The notes: generated by a model from the letters alone, not told the origin. Shown: positions 17,524 through 27,838, counted from the first letter of the stretch. The stretch: DNA of 42,630 nucleotides from Eubacteriales bacterium (GCA_045586995.1 JAZNBI010000001.1:1-42630); one strand, 5' to 3'. A program made the numbers and translations.

Positions 17524-19653
17524 TCAAATACGGTAGTTAATCTCGACAATAAGGTTTGTAAAGAAGGATACCAGTTTTCCGAGAAGCGTCGAGAAGAGCA
17601 TCGCAATAAACATAATAAACGCCATTCCAACAATAGTACCTAATGTCGTTGTTAAATTTTTGAAAAGTGAATAATCGTGTGTAACCATCATTCCGAAGAA
17701 TATTAAAAATCCTGCCCAGATAAATCCTACCGTAACAAGCATTTTCAAAATATCGGTTTCGGATGAAAGCACGAAGTTTGAAACAATGGTAGTGGGTATA
17801 ATAACCATAGGAAGCGGTATTAATGAATAGCAGCAAGCTGTAATAATATCTTTGAAGCTTCCTTCTCCATCGAATAATGTTGTAAGACACCAGTTAGCTA
17901 TTGCGAACAATAACAGCGGTACCAAAACACTGATTGCTTGGATGAAAATATTCGAATAGAGTCCTTGCGGATTCATAACATATCCCTGACCGATTGATTG
18001 ATAGAAAAATGTAATAATCGTAACCAAAAGATATATCATTCCCGCACGCAAAGATCCTCTCTTTTCGTGCTTCAAATCCCAGAAACCGTCAAACGGGTGG
18101 AATATAACGTGGAAGCCGTAAAGCAGTTCTTCTTTGAATGTTCTCTTTTGCTCAACTTTTGCAATCTTACTGTTAATTTTCTTTGCATATTTATTAAACA
18201 ACGTACAAAGATAACAAATTGCAATAACAATAACAGGCAAGAGCAAAATATACTTGGAAATCCATTCTTTTCTGATTTCCTTATATGCTTGAGAATAGTT
18301 AGCGGTGTCATAAGCTGCCTCAAAATATTCAAGGGCTTCTTCATAATCACCGTTTCTGTACAGTGCCTGACCTATACCAATATAAGCGGTATCAAAATTC
18401 GAGTTTCTTTTCAAAATCTCGGTCCAGTCGTCAACTGCTTTATCAAACTGTCTTGTGTTCTGATGATTCAATGCCTGCATCATAACATCACCGTACTCGG
18501 TTCTTCTGAATATGGTAATATTATTTGATGTGCGGTCAAGCACGAGCATAAAATCGCCCTGATATGTCAGTCCTTCAATTCCAAGAACATTTCCAAGCTG
18601 TTGACCTGTGTCGCCAAATGCAAACAACAGATTTCCATCGAAATCGTATGTATAAATCTTATTTCTCTTTTCGTCGATAAGCGACCAGGTTTTTTCAGGA
18701 CCTATCGCAACGTCCGTTATCGTTGAAACACCTCTGATTTTATCGGTTGCGGAAGTGGAATAAGCAATTTCTCCCATCGGAGGCCAGAAACCGTTTCTTC
18801 TCATAATTTCCGTACCCTTATTATTCAACATTTTTACCGGTGAATAATCTCCGGATTTTGTATGAGAACGTATTGCGTTTTGAACCTGACCTGCATTAAG
18901 GGAGGACGTTGTAACATAAATGAAGCCCTCTTCATCTATCGTGATATTATTAAACTCGGTTGATACAAAAGATTGCGAAAGAGCTCGCTGATCCTCTGTT
19001 TGGAAACGTCTCCAAATAATATCCCAAAGTGAAATACTTACCTTTTGCGCTCCGATAAATCCGGTAAATTCTCCTTTATCGGTCATAACAATAACGCCCT
19101 GGTATGTGGTTGACGAAACGACATAAAGTCTGTCAAATTGGTCAACCGCAATAGCAATCGGTTTATAAATTGCGCCGTCTTCAAAAAGTGTAGATTCGGG
19201 AGCTTCGATTGTATCGAGATAATTACCTTCGAGGTCGCAAGTTATAATTCGGTTTTTATTGGTATCGCATATAAAAATTCTGTCTTTGGTAACAAATATA
19301 CCGTTAGGAGAAGAAAGCGAATCCGGAACACCGTATTTATTAGTGAAGGTACTTATTGTAAATCTCAGCTTATAATATCTGTCAAGGCAGATAATTCTGT
19401 TATTACCCGCATCGGCGATATATACGTTTTCATTCTTATCAACAACGATATCACTTGGGCTTGACATAGGAGCGTCAAGTCCCATATACGCAGAATCAAC
19501 CGTTTTTACCGGGGTATAAGCATCGGGTGAAAGAAGCACAAATCCACCTATTGAATAGGTATATGTTTGATAAGAGCTCTTAGCTGCAACAGGTACCGAA
19601 ATAATAAATACAAGAGCGAATAAAATCGCAAGAATCGATATTACTTTTTTCAT
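17524..19653 (-). CDS. NHL-repeat / TPR / YIP1-domain membrane protein
   Basis: Signal peptide, NHL repeats (YIADAGNNRI, FICDTNKNRI), TPR (AYIGIGQALYRNGDYEEAL), HPFDGFWDLK and C-terminal multi-TM YIP1-like region. Confidence 0.8.
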   Translation of the reverse strand: MKKVISILAILFALVFIISVPVAAKSSYQTYTYSIGGFVLLSPDAYTPVKTVDSAYMGLDAPMSSPSDIVVDKNENVYIADAGNNRIICLDRYYKLRFTISTFTNKYGVPDSLSSPNGIFVTKDRIFICDTNKNRIITCDLEGNYLDTIEAPESTLFEDGAIYKPIAIAVDQFDRLYVVSSTTYQGVIVMTDKGEFTGFIGAQKVSISLWDIIWRRFQTEDQRALSQSFVSTEFNNITIDEEGFIYVTTSSLNAGQVQNAIRSHTKSGDYSPVKMLNNKGTEIMRRNGFWPPMGEIAYSTSATDKIRGVSTITDVAIGPEKTWSLIDEKRNKIYTYDFDGNLLFAFGDTGQQLGNVLGIEGLTYQGDFMLVLDRTSNNITIFRRTEYGDVMMQALNHQNTRQFDKAVDDWTEILKRNSNFDTAYIGIGQALYRNGDYEEALEYFEAAYDTANYSQAYKEIRKEWISKYILLLPVIVIAICYLCTLFNKYAKKINSKIAKVEQKRTFKEELLYGFHVIFHPFDGFWDLKHEKRGSLRAGMIYLLVTIITFFYQSIGQGYVMNPQGLYSNIFIQAISVLVPLLLFAIANWCLTTLFDGEGSFKDIITACCYSLIPLPMVIIPTTIVSNFVLSSETDILKMLVTVGFIWAGFLIFFGMMVTHDYSLFKNLTTTLGTIVGMAFIMFIAMLFSTLLGKLVSFFTNLIVEINYRI

Positions 19654-19666
19654 TTTATCGCCCTCC

Positions 19667-20539
19667 TTAATCTTTCATACCGCTTGAACCCATCGTTTCG
19701 ATGATATTCGATTGCGAAACAACGAATACCGTAATCGGAACAAGCATCATAATTACCGTAGAAGCGGCACCTGCGCCGGCACGCTTGATACCACCTGCAA
19801 GAATTTGCTGAATAGCATAGTTAAATGATTTTAGCTGTTCTGAATGAATGTAAATGGATGATCCGGAGTTCCAAAGTCCCTGGAACGAATAAATAATAAG
19901 TGTCAACCAAGCCGGCTTAACCATCGGCATTGCAATAGTCCAGAATGTTCTGAGCTCGGAAGCGCCGTCAATACGTGCACTTTCAAGAACCGCATCCGAT
20001 ACGTTAGTATCCATAAACTGCTTCATAAGGTACAGTCCGAGTGATGTTGCCCAAGCAGGTACGATAATTGACCAATATGTATCGATCCAACCGAGAGCGC
20101 TCATTATAATAAAGCTTGTAATTCCCGTTACCGTAGAGTGGAACATAAGGGATGTACGAACTGTTTTAAACATTCCTGATGCGCCGGGCATTGGAATTTT
20201 TGCCATAGCATACGCTGCCATGGATGAGAAGAAAAGGTTTCCCGTAGTTCCCGTAACAGCTATCAAAACCGTATTGAAAATATATCTTGAGAAAGGAACC
20301 CAAGAATCATTCATCAACGAGAACAAATCTCTAAAGTTTCTCAACGTAGGACTTACAACGTAAAATCTCGGGGGGAACATCCAAAGCTCATCGAGCGGCT
20401 TCAACGATTGCATAACAACATACAACATCGGAAGGAACATAAATATTCCGAGAAGCGCTAATATAACCGTTATTCCGGTGTCGCCTCCGACTGAACGGTT
20501 GAGTACGACTTTATGTTTTCGTGTTCTTAATCTTGCCAT
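19667..20539 (-). CDS. Carbohydrate ABC transporter permease (MalG-type)
   Basis: SLKPLDEL, LESARIDGASE, MPMVKPAW motifs. Confidence 0.9.
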   Translation of the reverse strand: MARLRTRKHKVVLNRSVGGDTGITVILALLGIFMFLPMLYVVMQSLKPLDELWMFPPRFYVVSPTLRNFRDLFSLMNDSWVPFSRYIFNTVLIAVTGTTGNLFFSSMAAYAMAKIPMPGASGMFKTVRTSLMFHSTVTGITSFIIMSALGWIDTYWSIIVPAWATSLGLYLMKQFMDTNVSDAVLESARIDGASELRTFWTIAMPMVKPAWLTLIIYSFQGLWNSGSSIYIHSEQLKSFNYAIQQILAGGIKRAGAGAASTVIMMLVPITVFVVSQSNIIETMGSSGMKD

Positions 20540-20540
20540 A

Positions 20541-21488
20541 TCACGTACCCACCTTCGAAATAATTTTCTTTACAATAACGTTTGCACCGATCATAATTAC
20601 AAACAAAACAACAGCAATAGCGGAAGAATAACCAATTTCAAAACGCGCTCCGCCGTAGTCTTCGAGATGGTGCGTAATAGTGTGTCCCGCGTAGTCGGTA
20701 GACGGGAATCCGCAAAGCGCAGTAACTATACCGCCGAATCCAAACGAACCGGTAATAGACATAATAGCACCGAACATGAGCTGCGGCTTCATACTCGGAA
20801 GAGTTATGTACCAAAGCTCCTGCCATCTGTTTCTTACTCCGTCAACCGCTCCCGCTTCATACAAGGAACGGTCAACTCCCTGCAAGCCCGCAATAAATGC
20901 GAGGAAGGATGTTCCGAGTGAGGTCCAAAGCGAAACTACAATACAAAGAGGCATAATGTAGTCGGCATCCTGGAAAAACTGAATTTCGGTTTGTATTAAT
21001 CCGAGCTCTAGCAATGTACCGTTTATCCAACCGTGCGCGTCACCCGAGAAAAGTGTACCCCAAATAAGGTAAACCTGACCGGAAATAGACGGTGCATAGA
21101 ATATGAGTGTTACAAGTGCTCTGATTTTCGGAGGTAATTCGTTTATAAACCATGCTACCATATAAGACATCAAATATGAACACGGTCCGACTATCATAGC
21201 AAATATAAATGTGTTTTTGCAAGCAATGAGGAAGATATCGTCATCAAGGAAAAGTCTTATATAGTTTTCCATAAAAACGAAATTCGGCATTTCCAGCAAG
21301 TTAAAATCAGTAAAGCTGATTATTATAGATAAAAGAACCGGGATGATTGTGAACAATGAAAAGATTATCATAAACGGAGCCGCCATAAAATATCCGGCTT
21401 TATGACGCTTCATTTCTTTCCATGTCCACTGAGCTCTCGTCATATCTTTGCGAGATACAGCTCTTTTTTCTGCCGTTTTCTGTGACAT
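20541..21488 (-). CDS. Carbohydrate ABC transporter permease (MalF-type)
   Basis: SFTDFN, FIAGLQGVDRSLYEAGAVDG, YITLPSMKP motifs. Confidence 0.9.
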   Translation of the reverse strand: MSQKTAEKRAVSRKDMTRAQWTWKEMKRHKAGYFMAAPFMIIFSLFTIIPVLLSIIISFTDFNLLEMPNFVFMENYIRLFLDDDIFLIACKNTFIFAMIVGPCSYLMSYMVAWFINELPPKIRALVTLIFYAPSISGQVYLIWGTLFSGDAHGWINGTLLELGLIQTEIQFFQDADYIMPLCIVVSLWTSLGTSFLAFIAGLQGVDRSLYEAGAVDGVRNRWQELWYITLPSMKPQLMFGAIMSITGSFGFGGIVTALCGFPSTDYAGHTITHHLEDYGGARFEIGYSSAIAVVLFVIMIGANVIVKKIISKVGT

Positions 21489-21530
21489 GTGCTTTCTCCT
21501 TAAATAGATTTTAATATTAACAATGTACGA

Positions 21531-24500
21531 TTAATTGTAATTCAAATAGCTTTTCAACGCATTTGCCGCATCGTCCAAGAACTTTGCAACAAGTGTGAAT
21601 GCCGCAACATCTTCTGAATTGAGAGAGGTATTTGTCAGCATTGCCTCGATATCTTCAGAAGCGGCATACAAAAGCTCAATGTCAGCGTTATCAAGTGCCG
21701 TAGTTATCTTCGACAGGAGCACTGCTTGTGCCGATTTAGCAGAATCGCTTATGTTATAATTAACACCTTTCCATTCTAATGCTTCGTCCGACGCAATAAT
21801 TGTCCTTACTTGATTTATACGTTTCTCTGCAAGAGTTTCTCCAAGCTCAAGCGTTTCAAGTTCAAACTCTTGACGTTTTCGTGTAATTTCCTTATTTATC
21901 GTAACAATATAATTTCGAAGTTCTTCTACAGGGTCTGCCTTGTCTTCATATGCAGCCAAGAATGCAAAGCTTGTATAACGTCCTATAATATAACTTCCCG
22001 GGTAGTTCGGGATTGATGCAAGATTATTGAACTGAAGCAAGAGCTGATTCTTTTCTTCGGTTGTCCACGGCAAGCTCTCGAGTGCCTTGATATTAGCCGT
22101 CGAGTGCTTTGCGGAAGGACCGATAATAGCAACCATTTCGTTTGAATATTTTGTCTGACAGTCAGCTTGAGCATGCCATTTCATGAAATCCCAAGTAGCT
22201 GCCTTCTTTTCTTCTTCGATACCGCTTATCATAACGATTGCCGAAACACCGGAAACCGAAACGTTATTGATATTTCCGTTTTCATCCACCATACCGGGCA
22301 GCGGAACGAATTGCCAAAGTCCCTCAAGCTCGGTTGCGAAAACTTTAAGCTGGTTATACGTTCCAACCGCGTTTGCAATGCCTATCGGCATTTCACCTGT
22401 TCTGAAGCGGTTTGAAAAATCGAATGTATACGGGAAAGAATACATTGTAAACATATTACACATTGTCTTGAAAGACTCTAACGCCACGTTTGAATCGAGG
22501 TTTATTCTCATTCCGTTATCGGCAAACAGCTCGCCGCCGCTTTGGTAAAGGAACATATTGTAATCATTTACAAGACCGATTTCCATATTGTTCGCCTGCA
22601 ATGTAGGAATTGCAGCAAGAACATCATCCCACGTCTTGGGAATATCGATTCCAAGGTCTGCAAGAATGTCCAAACGAACAAACATCATATTAAAGGATTG
22701 CGTTTCGGGAAGTCCGTAATAATGGAATTCCTCATTGGCATCTTCAATACCCAAAACCATCATCGCAGCCTCATTGAATTCTGCATTAGGATTGGATATG
22801 CGGTTTCCGTTTTCATCAATTATATATGCACCGCGCTCGTCAACCTCATAAGGAATGGCGAAATCCCAGAAGCCCTCCATATCCTCAATCTCAACCAACG
22901 CGCCGCGAATTGCATAGTTAATAACGTCGGCCTGCCCAAGACCTATATAAGCATCAGGTCCGCTTCCCGCGAGAATCGAAGGAAGAAGCGTTCCGCCCGC
23001 AACAAGCTTAAGATTTACAGCGTGTCCCGTTGTAGGCGTGAAATCGTTGTTTATAAGACTTCTTATAACCTGAGTTTGGTCACGACCGTATGCCAACCAA
23101 ACGTCAACCACGCTATCCTCGTCAAGCTGCTCTGTAATTGCGCCCATACGGTTATAGTTTCTGAAGAAGCTCTGGAAAAAGTTTGAAATTTCATGAGCGA
23201 ATGAACGGAAGAAGTTTGCGTTTGCTTTCGGAAGCTCTGCTCCAACCGGTTGAACCATAATATAGTCAAATTTCAACGGCTGGGTTTTCGCGCTACTCAG
23301 CCATGTACCCAATGTACCGATGTAACCCTTGAGCTGACTGAGATTTCTTGCGATCTCATCCTCGGGGTCCATGCCCATTCTGTCGAGCAGCCACGCAACC
23401 TGCTCAAGTGTTGCAACCATTGAGCTCTTAATTCCTGCATTTTTCTCTATATTTTCAGCGATGGCATAGATCTTTTTTGATTGAACTACCATATCATAAA
23501 CGGTATCAGCCAAAACTCTCTTGAAGCCGTAGTCGCGGTATTCGTCAGGATTTGCTCCCGTGAGCTTTATTATATTAAGGTAGTCAGAGTTGATTTTGTT
23601 AAGTGCGGTTTCAATCTCGGAAATAATTTCACTCATTGAACCGAGAGTAACCTTGAACTCTAAAGTATAAACGACATCCTTTTCGAAATAGAAGGAGAAT
23701 CCGTTTTCGCCTACATTACCATCGGTAAGTGAGGAAACCTGCCAATTATCCGCAAAATCAAATCTCAACATGGTGGCTTCGGAGAATGGAACACCGTTGT
23801 AATATCCTTTATCGCTTCCGAATTTGTCGATATATTCTTCCTTGGTATAATCTGTATATATCGACAACGCGCGTGACGTATAAAGTCCGTCGAGTGTGTT
23901 CTGTCTGAAACGAGCAACGATATTATACAAGCCGCTTTCATCCACTTTAACTGTGTATTTAAGCCATTGTGAGGGAGATGCCCATTTATCTCCGCCTATC
24001 GTGTTAAGATAGGTCTTATTAGCAGCTGTAGGACTTGTGATCGCACTCACGTTATCCTGTACGGGATATATCGTCTGCGAAGAAGAAGCGGTAGGATATT
24101 CAGCTTCGATCTTTATAGACGACGTGCCCACTGTCTTATCAGAGTAATTGGATATATATGTAGAGTAGGAGGTCATATCTTCGTGAGGAACAAGCTTGAT
24201 GGATTTAATTGCCATCGGCTCATTTACACCGGTAAACGAAAGCGAAAGCTCTCCCTCATTTATAACAAACTCAAAAGTATCTTTATAATATCCGTCCGAA
24301 TCTCGCAGCTCGTATGAATCCCACTTAGGAGATTGAACCATTGTCGGACGCAACTCATTGTTGTCGATATCCGCCATGAGCATTCTGAAGCCCTCTGCAT
24401 CAATCGCCGAAGTAATTTCCTGAGTCCAACCGTTCGGCAAAGAATATGTAATAATCTTTTTATCCTCGCTTACGGTAGCGGAAATACCGATCTTATCGGC

Positions 24501-25163
24501 AAGATCAAGATAATCCTGATAGTTATCTTTCTCCTTCATCGTAATCGAATAATCATAAGTCCAATTCTTTGAAAAAGTCAGATAGCGCGCTTCTTTAAAA
24601 GGAACCTCTCCGTTTATCTTGAAAATTCTTTCAATAAAAGCGGGCTTTCCTTCAACCGGATAATATTCGACAACAATACTGTATCTCGCAGTTTGCGGAA
24701 CATTAACCTTCCACGAAACCGTACCGTCGCCGGGAGTATAAAGCGCCTCCACGTTATCGTATTTATTAACCGAATAATCGGCATCCGAATTTTCTTTGTC
24801 AATGTCATTAATAACATCAACCTCAACGCTTTGGGTTGCCTTCGGTACATTCCACACATAAGTGGATGTGCCATCTTCCCCCTTGATTTCGGTGGAATGT
24901 TCAATGACATACTCACTGTATTTTGAGGATGCCATTAATTCTTTTACATCCTCAATAGATTTGTCGGTGACGGAAGAATTGTTCCCACCGTCGCTCTCGG
25001 GCTCTTCACCCGAAGTCGCCCCGTTGCCTTCTTCTGTTTGGGGCTGCCCCAAAGCAACCGACTGCTTTGCATCCTCGGCTCCGGCAAAAATGACACTGCC
25101 ACTCAATACAAAAACGAATGCCAGGATCAAAGCCACGAGTCTTTGGAAATTGGATTTGCACAT
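21531..25163 (-). CDS. Very large extracellular solute-binding protein with N-terminal CBM-like beta-sandwich domains
   Basis: Signal peptide; IEAE and W..Y.V.V...GLY CBM-like motifs; C-terminal family-1 SBP motifs (FTPTTG..VN, GPD, YGLPETQSF, IPKTWDD, FRTGEMP, AATWDFMKW). Confidence 0.85.
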   Translation of the reverse strand: MCKSNFQRLVALILAFVFVLSGSVIFAGAEDAKQSVALGQPQTEEGNGATSGEEPESDGGNNSSVTDKSIEDVKELMASSKYSEYVIEHSTEIKGEDGTSTYVWNVPKATQSVEVDVINDIDKENSDADYSVNKYDNVEALYTPGDGTVSWKVNVPQTARYSIVVEYYPVEGKPAFIERIFKINGEVPFKEARYLTFSKNWTYDYSITMKEKDNYQDYLDLADKIGISATVSEDKKIITYSLPNGWTQEITSAIDAEGFRMLMADIDNNELRPTMVQSPKWDSYELRDSDGYYKDTFEFVINEGELSLSFTGVNEPMAIKSIKLVPHEDMTSYSTYISNYSDKTVGTSSIKIEAEYPTASSSQTIYPVQDNVSAITSPTAANKTYLNTIGGDKWASPSQWLKYTVKVDESGLYNIVARFRQNTLDGLYTSRALSIYTDYTKEEYIDKFGSDKGYYNGVPFSEATMLRFDFADNWQVSSLTDGNVGENGFSFYFEKDVVYTLEFKVTLGSMSEIISEIETALNKINSDYLNIIKLTGANPDEYRDYGFKRVLADTVYDMVVQSKKIYAIAENIEKNAGIKSSMVATLEQVAWLLDRMGMDPEDEIARNLSQLKGYIGTLGTWLSSAKTQPLKFDYIMVQPVGAELPKANANFFRSFAHEISNFFQSFFRNYNRMGAITEQLDEDSVVDVWLAYGRDQTQVIRSLINNDFTPTTGHAVNLKLVAGGTLLPSILAGSGPDAYIGLGQADVINYAIRGALVEIEDMEGFWDFAIPYEVDERGAYIIDENGNRISNPNAEFNEAAMMVLGIEDANEEFHYYGLPETQSFNMMFVRLDILADLGIDIPKTWDDVLAAIPTLQANNMEIGLVNDYNMFLYQSGGELFADNGMRINLDSNVALESFKTMCNMFTMYSFPYTFDFSNRFRTGEMPIGIANAVGTYNQLKVFATELEGLWQFVPLPGMVDENGNINNVSVSGVSAIVMISGIEEEKKAATWDFMKWHAQADCQTKYSNEMVAIIGPSAKHSTANIKALESLPWTTEEKNQLLLQFNNLASIPNYPGSYIIGRYTSFAFLAAYEDKADPVEELRNYIVTINKEITRKRQEFELETLELGETLAEKRINQVRTIIASDEALEWKGVNYNISDSAKSAQAVLLSKITTALDNADIELLYAASEDIEAMLTNTSLNSEDVAAFTLVAKFLDDAANALKSYLNYN

Positions 25164-25212
25164 AAGATTTTCCTCCTACATAGAGATTTTCAATACACAT
25201 TTTAGATGATTA

Positions 25213-25313
25213 CGGACGCAAAAACACCGTGTCCGGTATTTTAAATCCTACCGAGTCAGCCACACGATACGTGCCGCCGACGAACTAAAAGGTCAAGGCG
25301 CGCCTGCAAGACC
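25213..25313 (-). promoter_or_regulatory. GC-rich structured 5' leader of the ABC operon
   Basis: Hairpins at 25291-25313, 25255-25281, 25234-25253 and 25213-25235 in an AT-rich intergenic region. Confidence 0.45.
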
Positions 25314-25339
25314 ACGAAAAACGCATAAATTTATAAGAT

Positions 25340-25369
25340 ATAATACCACAAAAACACCCGATATGTCAA
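25340..25369 (-). promoter_or_regulatory. Sigma-A promoter of the ABC operon
   Basis: TTGACA-18-TATTAT with TG extension. Confidence 0.6.
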
Positions 25370-25895
25370 GTGTGTTCTGCCTTAGGCAATATATCGGGCG
25401 GCTTGTGAAGTTCACAAAATGTTCTTAAAAAAGTTGCAAAATTGTGGGGATTTTTTTATTTTAGTTTTCAAAAAAAACGTCCAAAAAGGCAGAAAAAACC
25501 AGGTAAATACAATTTACCCTGCTTGGCGCAATTTTGATAATACGATAGGTTTTTTTGTGCAATATGACAAGAAAAAGCAAGGTGTAAAATGTAAGAGGCA
25601 AAATTAGTAAGCGACATTTACTTTTTCGAATTTTGTTAAAATTTACCGTCACGTGATAAAAATATGATGTTATTGTGAAAAATAAACAATTTTTAACTCA
25701 AATTTTCTACACATAAAAATTTTATTTTTGAAACTGTTTTTTTTGGTTTTTTATTTTAAATGTAAATATACAGAACAGAATTATACCTCAAAACGCCACA
25801 ATACATAATATTTACATTAATACCATTATATGTATATTGCACAAACCCATAAAATCTATCGGATATATAATCTCCACTTCGTAGAGAAAATATAG

Positions 25896-25936
25896 CGGGC
25901 GCGCCGACAAACTCCTTGTAATTCGGCACGCCCGTT
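25896..25936 (-). terminator. GC-rich hairpin after nifU
   Basis: ACGGGCGTGCCGA...TCGGCGCGCCCGC on the minus strand; weak T tract. Confidence 0.5.
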
Positions 25937-25962
25937 GTAAGTATTCTGTTTAAAGCATCAAA

Positions 25963-26400
25963 TCAATGATGATGACCTTCTATTTCACATTCTCTGCAGC
26001 CGCAGGATGATTCGGGTATCTCTTTGTCAATACCGTTTTTCTTATAATAATCCGCAATCGCTGCCTTGATTGCCTCCTCAGCAAGCACGGAGCAGTGAAC
26101 TTTAACAGGCGGAAGTCCCTCCAATGCCTCTACAACAGCAGCGTTGGTAAGCTTAAGCGCCTCATCAACTGACTTGCCCTTTATAAGCTCGGTTGCCATA
26201 GATGACGTTGCAATAGCCGCACCGCAACCAAACGTTTTAAATTTAACGTCGGTTATAATATCATCGCTTACTTTTATAAACATCTGCATAATATCTCCGC
26301 ATTTCGCGTTTCCGACAGTACCTACACCATCCGCATCGGCAATTTCTCCGACGTTACGGGGATTTGTAAAATGATCCATTACTTTTTCGCTGTATAACAT
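25963..26400 (-). CDS. nifU: Fe-S cluster scaffold protein NifU/IscU
   Basis: YSEKVMDHF..PRNVG, CGD, FKTFGCGAAIA, LPPVKVHCSVLA. Confidence 0.95.
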   Translation of the reverse strand: MLYSEKVMDHFTNPRNVGEIADADGVGTVGNAKCGDIMQMFIKVSDDIITDVKFKTFGCGAAIATSSMATELIKGKSVDEALKLTNAAVVEALEGLPPVKVHCSVLAEEAIKAAIADYYKKNGIDKEIPESSCGCRECEIEGHHH

Positions 26401-26428
26401 AAATTTATCTTCCTTTCAGTATTAATTA

Positions 26429-27601
26429 TTACCCGGGAAATATCGGGCTCATAGCGCGAAGCTTTTGAACGGTTTCCTGCACCGTAGCAATTATATAATC
26501 GATTTCTTCATCGGTATTATCCAAAGAAAGCGAAAAGCGTACCGTTCCATGCGCTTTTTCGACAGCCAATCCGGTTGCCAAAAGCACGTGTGAGGGTTCA
26601 AGAGATTTCGAGGAACAAGCCGAAGCGGTTGAAACGCTTATTCCCATATGATCAAGCCAGAGCGCAAGTCCTTCACCCTCAACATATTCAAAGGAAACGT
26701 TTACGTTTCCGGGAAGTCGATCTTTTGGGTGTCCGTTTAGCTTTGTATACGGTATTTCCAAAAGTCCGTCGATAAGCTTATTGCGCATTTTTTCAAGCTG
26801 CGGAATTTTCGAAAGACGAGCCGTCGCATCGGTGATCGCCTGAGCCATTCCCATAATATAAGGAACATTTTCAGTGCCTCCGCGTTTACCGTTTTCCTGT
26901 CCTCCGCCATCTACAAGATTTTTCAAACGAACGCCTTTTTTTACGTAAAGTGCACCGATTCCCTTTGGAGCGTGCAGCTTATGCCCGGACATGCTCATCA
27001 TATCAACGCCGAGCTCCTTCAAATCGATCGGAAGGTTTCCAACCGCCTGCACCGCATCGGTAAACATAAGCGCGCCATGTGAATGTGCGATCTCGCAAAT
27101 TTCTTTTATAGGTTGAATCGTTCCGATCTCATTGTTTGCATACATAACCGAAACAAGAAAGGTTGAGTCGTTGACTGCCTCTTTAAGTTCATCCATATTT
27201 ACAACGCCGTTTTCATCAACACCGACATAGACAACGTCAAATCCGTCCTTTGCAAGCGACTCACAAGTGTGCAATACAGCATGATGTTCGATTTTAGTCG
27301 TTACAATTCTCTTTTTGCGGTTATTGGGTGCGTACGCCGCGCCTTTAATCGCCCAGTTATCCGACTCGGTTCCGCACGAGGTAAAGAAAATTTCTCTTGC
27401 TTCGCATCCGAGCGCCGCGGCAATTCTCGCCCTGGCATCGTCAACAAATTCCTTCGCCTTTTGACCGTCGTAATGTATGCTGGACGGATTTCCCCAATAC
27501 TCCTTAAAAAACGGCAGCATCGCGTCCATAACGCTTTGAGATACCGCAGTTGTAGCAGCATTATCAGCATATATTCTGTTTTTATAATCGAATTTGCTCA
27601 T
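26429..27601 (-). CDS. nifS: Cysteine desulfurase NifS/IscS
   Basis: YADNAATT, GNPSS, TDAVQA, SGHKLHAPKG (PLP Lys), SACSS. Confidence 0.95.
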   Translation of the reverse strand: MSKFDYKNRIYADNAATTAVSQSVMDAMLPFFKEYWGNPSSIHYDGQKAKEFVDDARARIAAALGCEAREIFFTSCGTESDNWAIKGAAYAPNNRKKRIVTTKIEHHAVLHTCESLAKDGFDVVYVGVDENGVVNMDELKEAVNDSTFLVSVMYANNEIGTIQPIKEICEIAHSHGALMFTDAVQAVGNLPIDLKELGVDMMSMSGHKLHAPKGIGALYVKKGVRLKNLVDGGGQENGKRGGTENVPYIMGMAQAITDATARLSKIPQLEKMRNKLIDGLLEIPYTKLNGHPKDRLPGNVNVSFEYVEGEGLALWLDHMGISVSTASACSSKSLEPSHVLLATGLAVEKAHGTVRFSLSLDNTDEEIDYIIATVQETVQKLRAMSPIFPG

Positions 27602-27838
27602 TTACTATTCCCTTCGCTTTTCGTTTATTATATTGTCGAAAAGCTTTTTAATTTTTGTTTCAACATATTGTATACCTTTTTTGTATAATTTGCAATAGCT
27701 ATCTAAAATAAATGTGTTAATTTTTTGTGAATAGTAAATTTATAACACTCTCATCAACCTAAAATTATACCGCCCAACGCCGAAATTTTCCTAATTGGCA
27801 TTTAGTTTGAATTTTACAAATATAATAAATAAAATATG

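Noticed and set aside
17505-17633. N-terminal extension of the 1269-aa ORF overlapping the YIP1 gene
   Set aside because: AGGAGG RBS and signal peptide indicate a start at 17504; the extension is an artefact of longest-ORF calling
25400-25880. Long AT-rich intergenic region with 62-63 aa ORFs
   Set aside because: No convincing RBS, repeats or RNA structure; likely upstream regulatory DNA whose motifs I cannot assign
27783-27805. Possible MntR box upstream of mntP
   Set aside because: Only loose similarity to the known palindrome in AT-rich DNA; not supportable by eye
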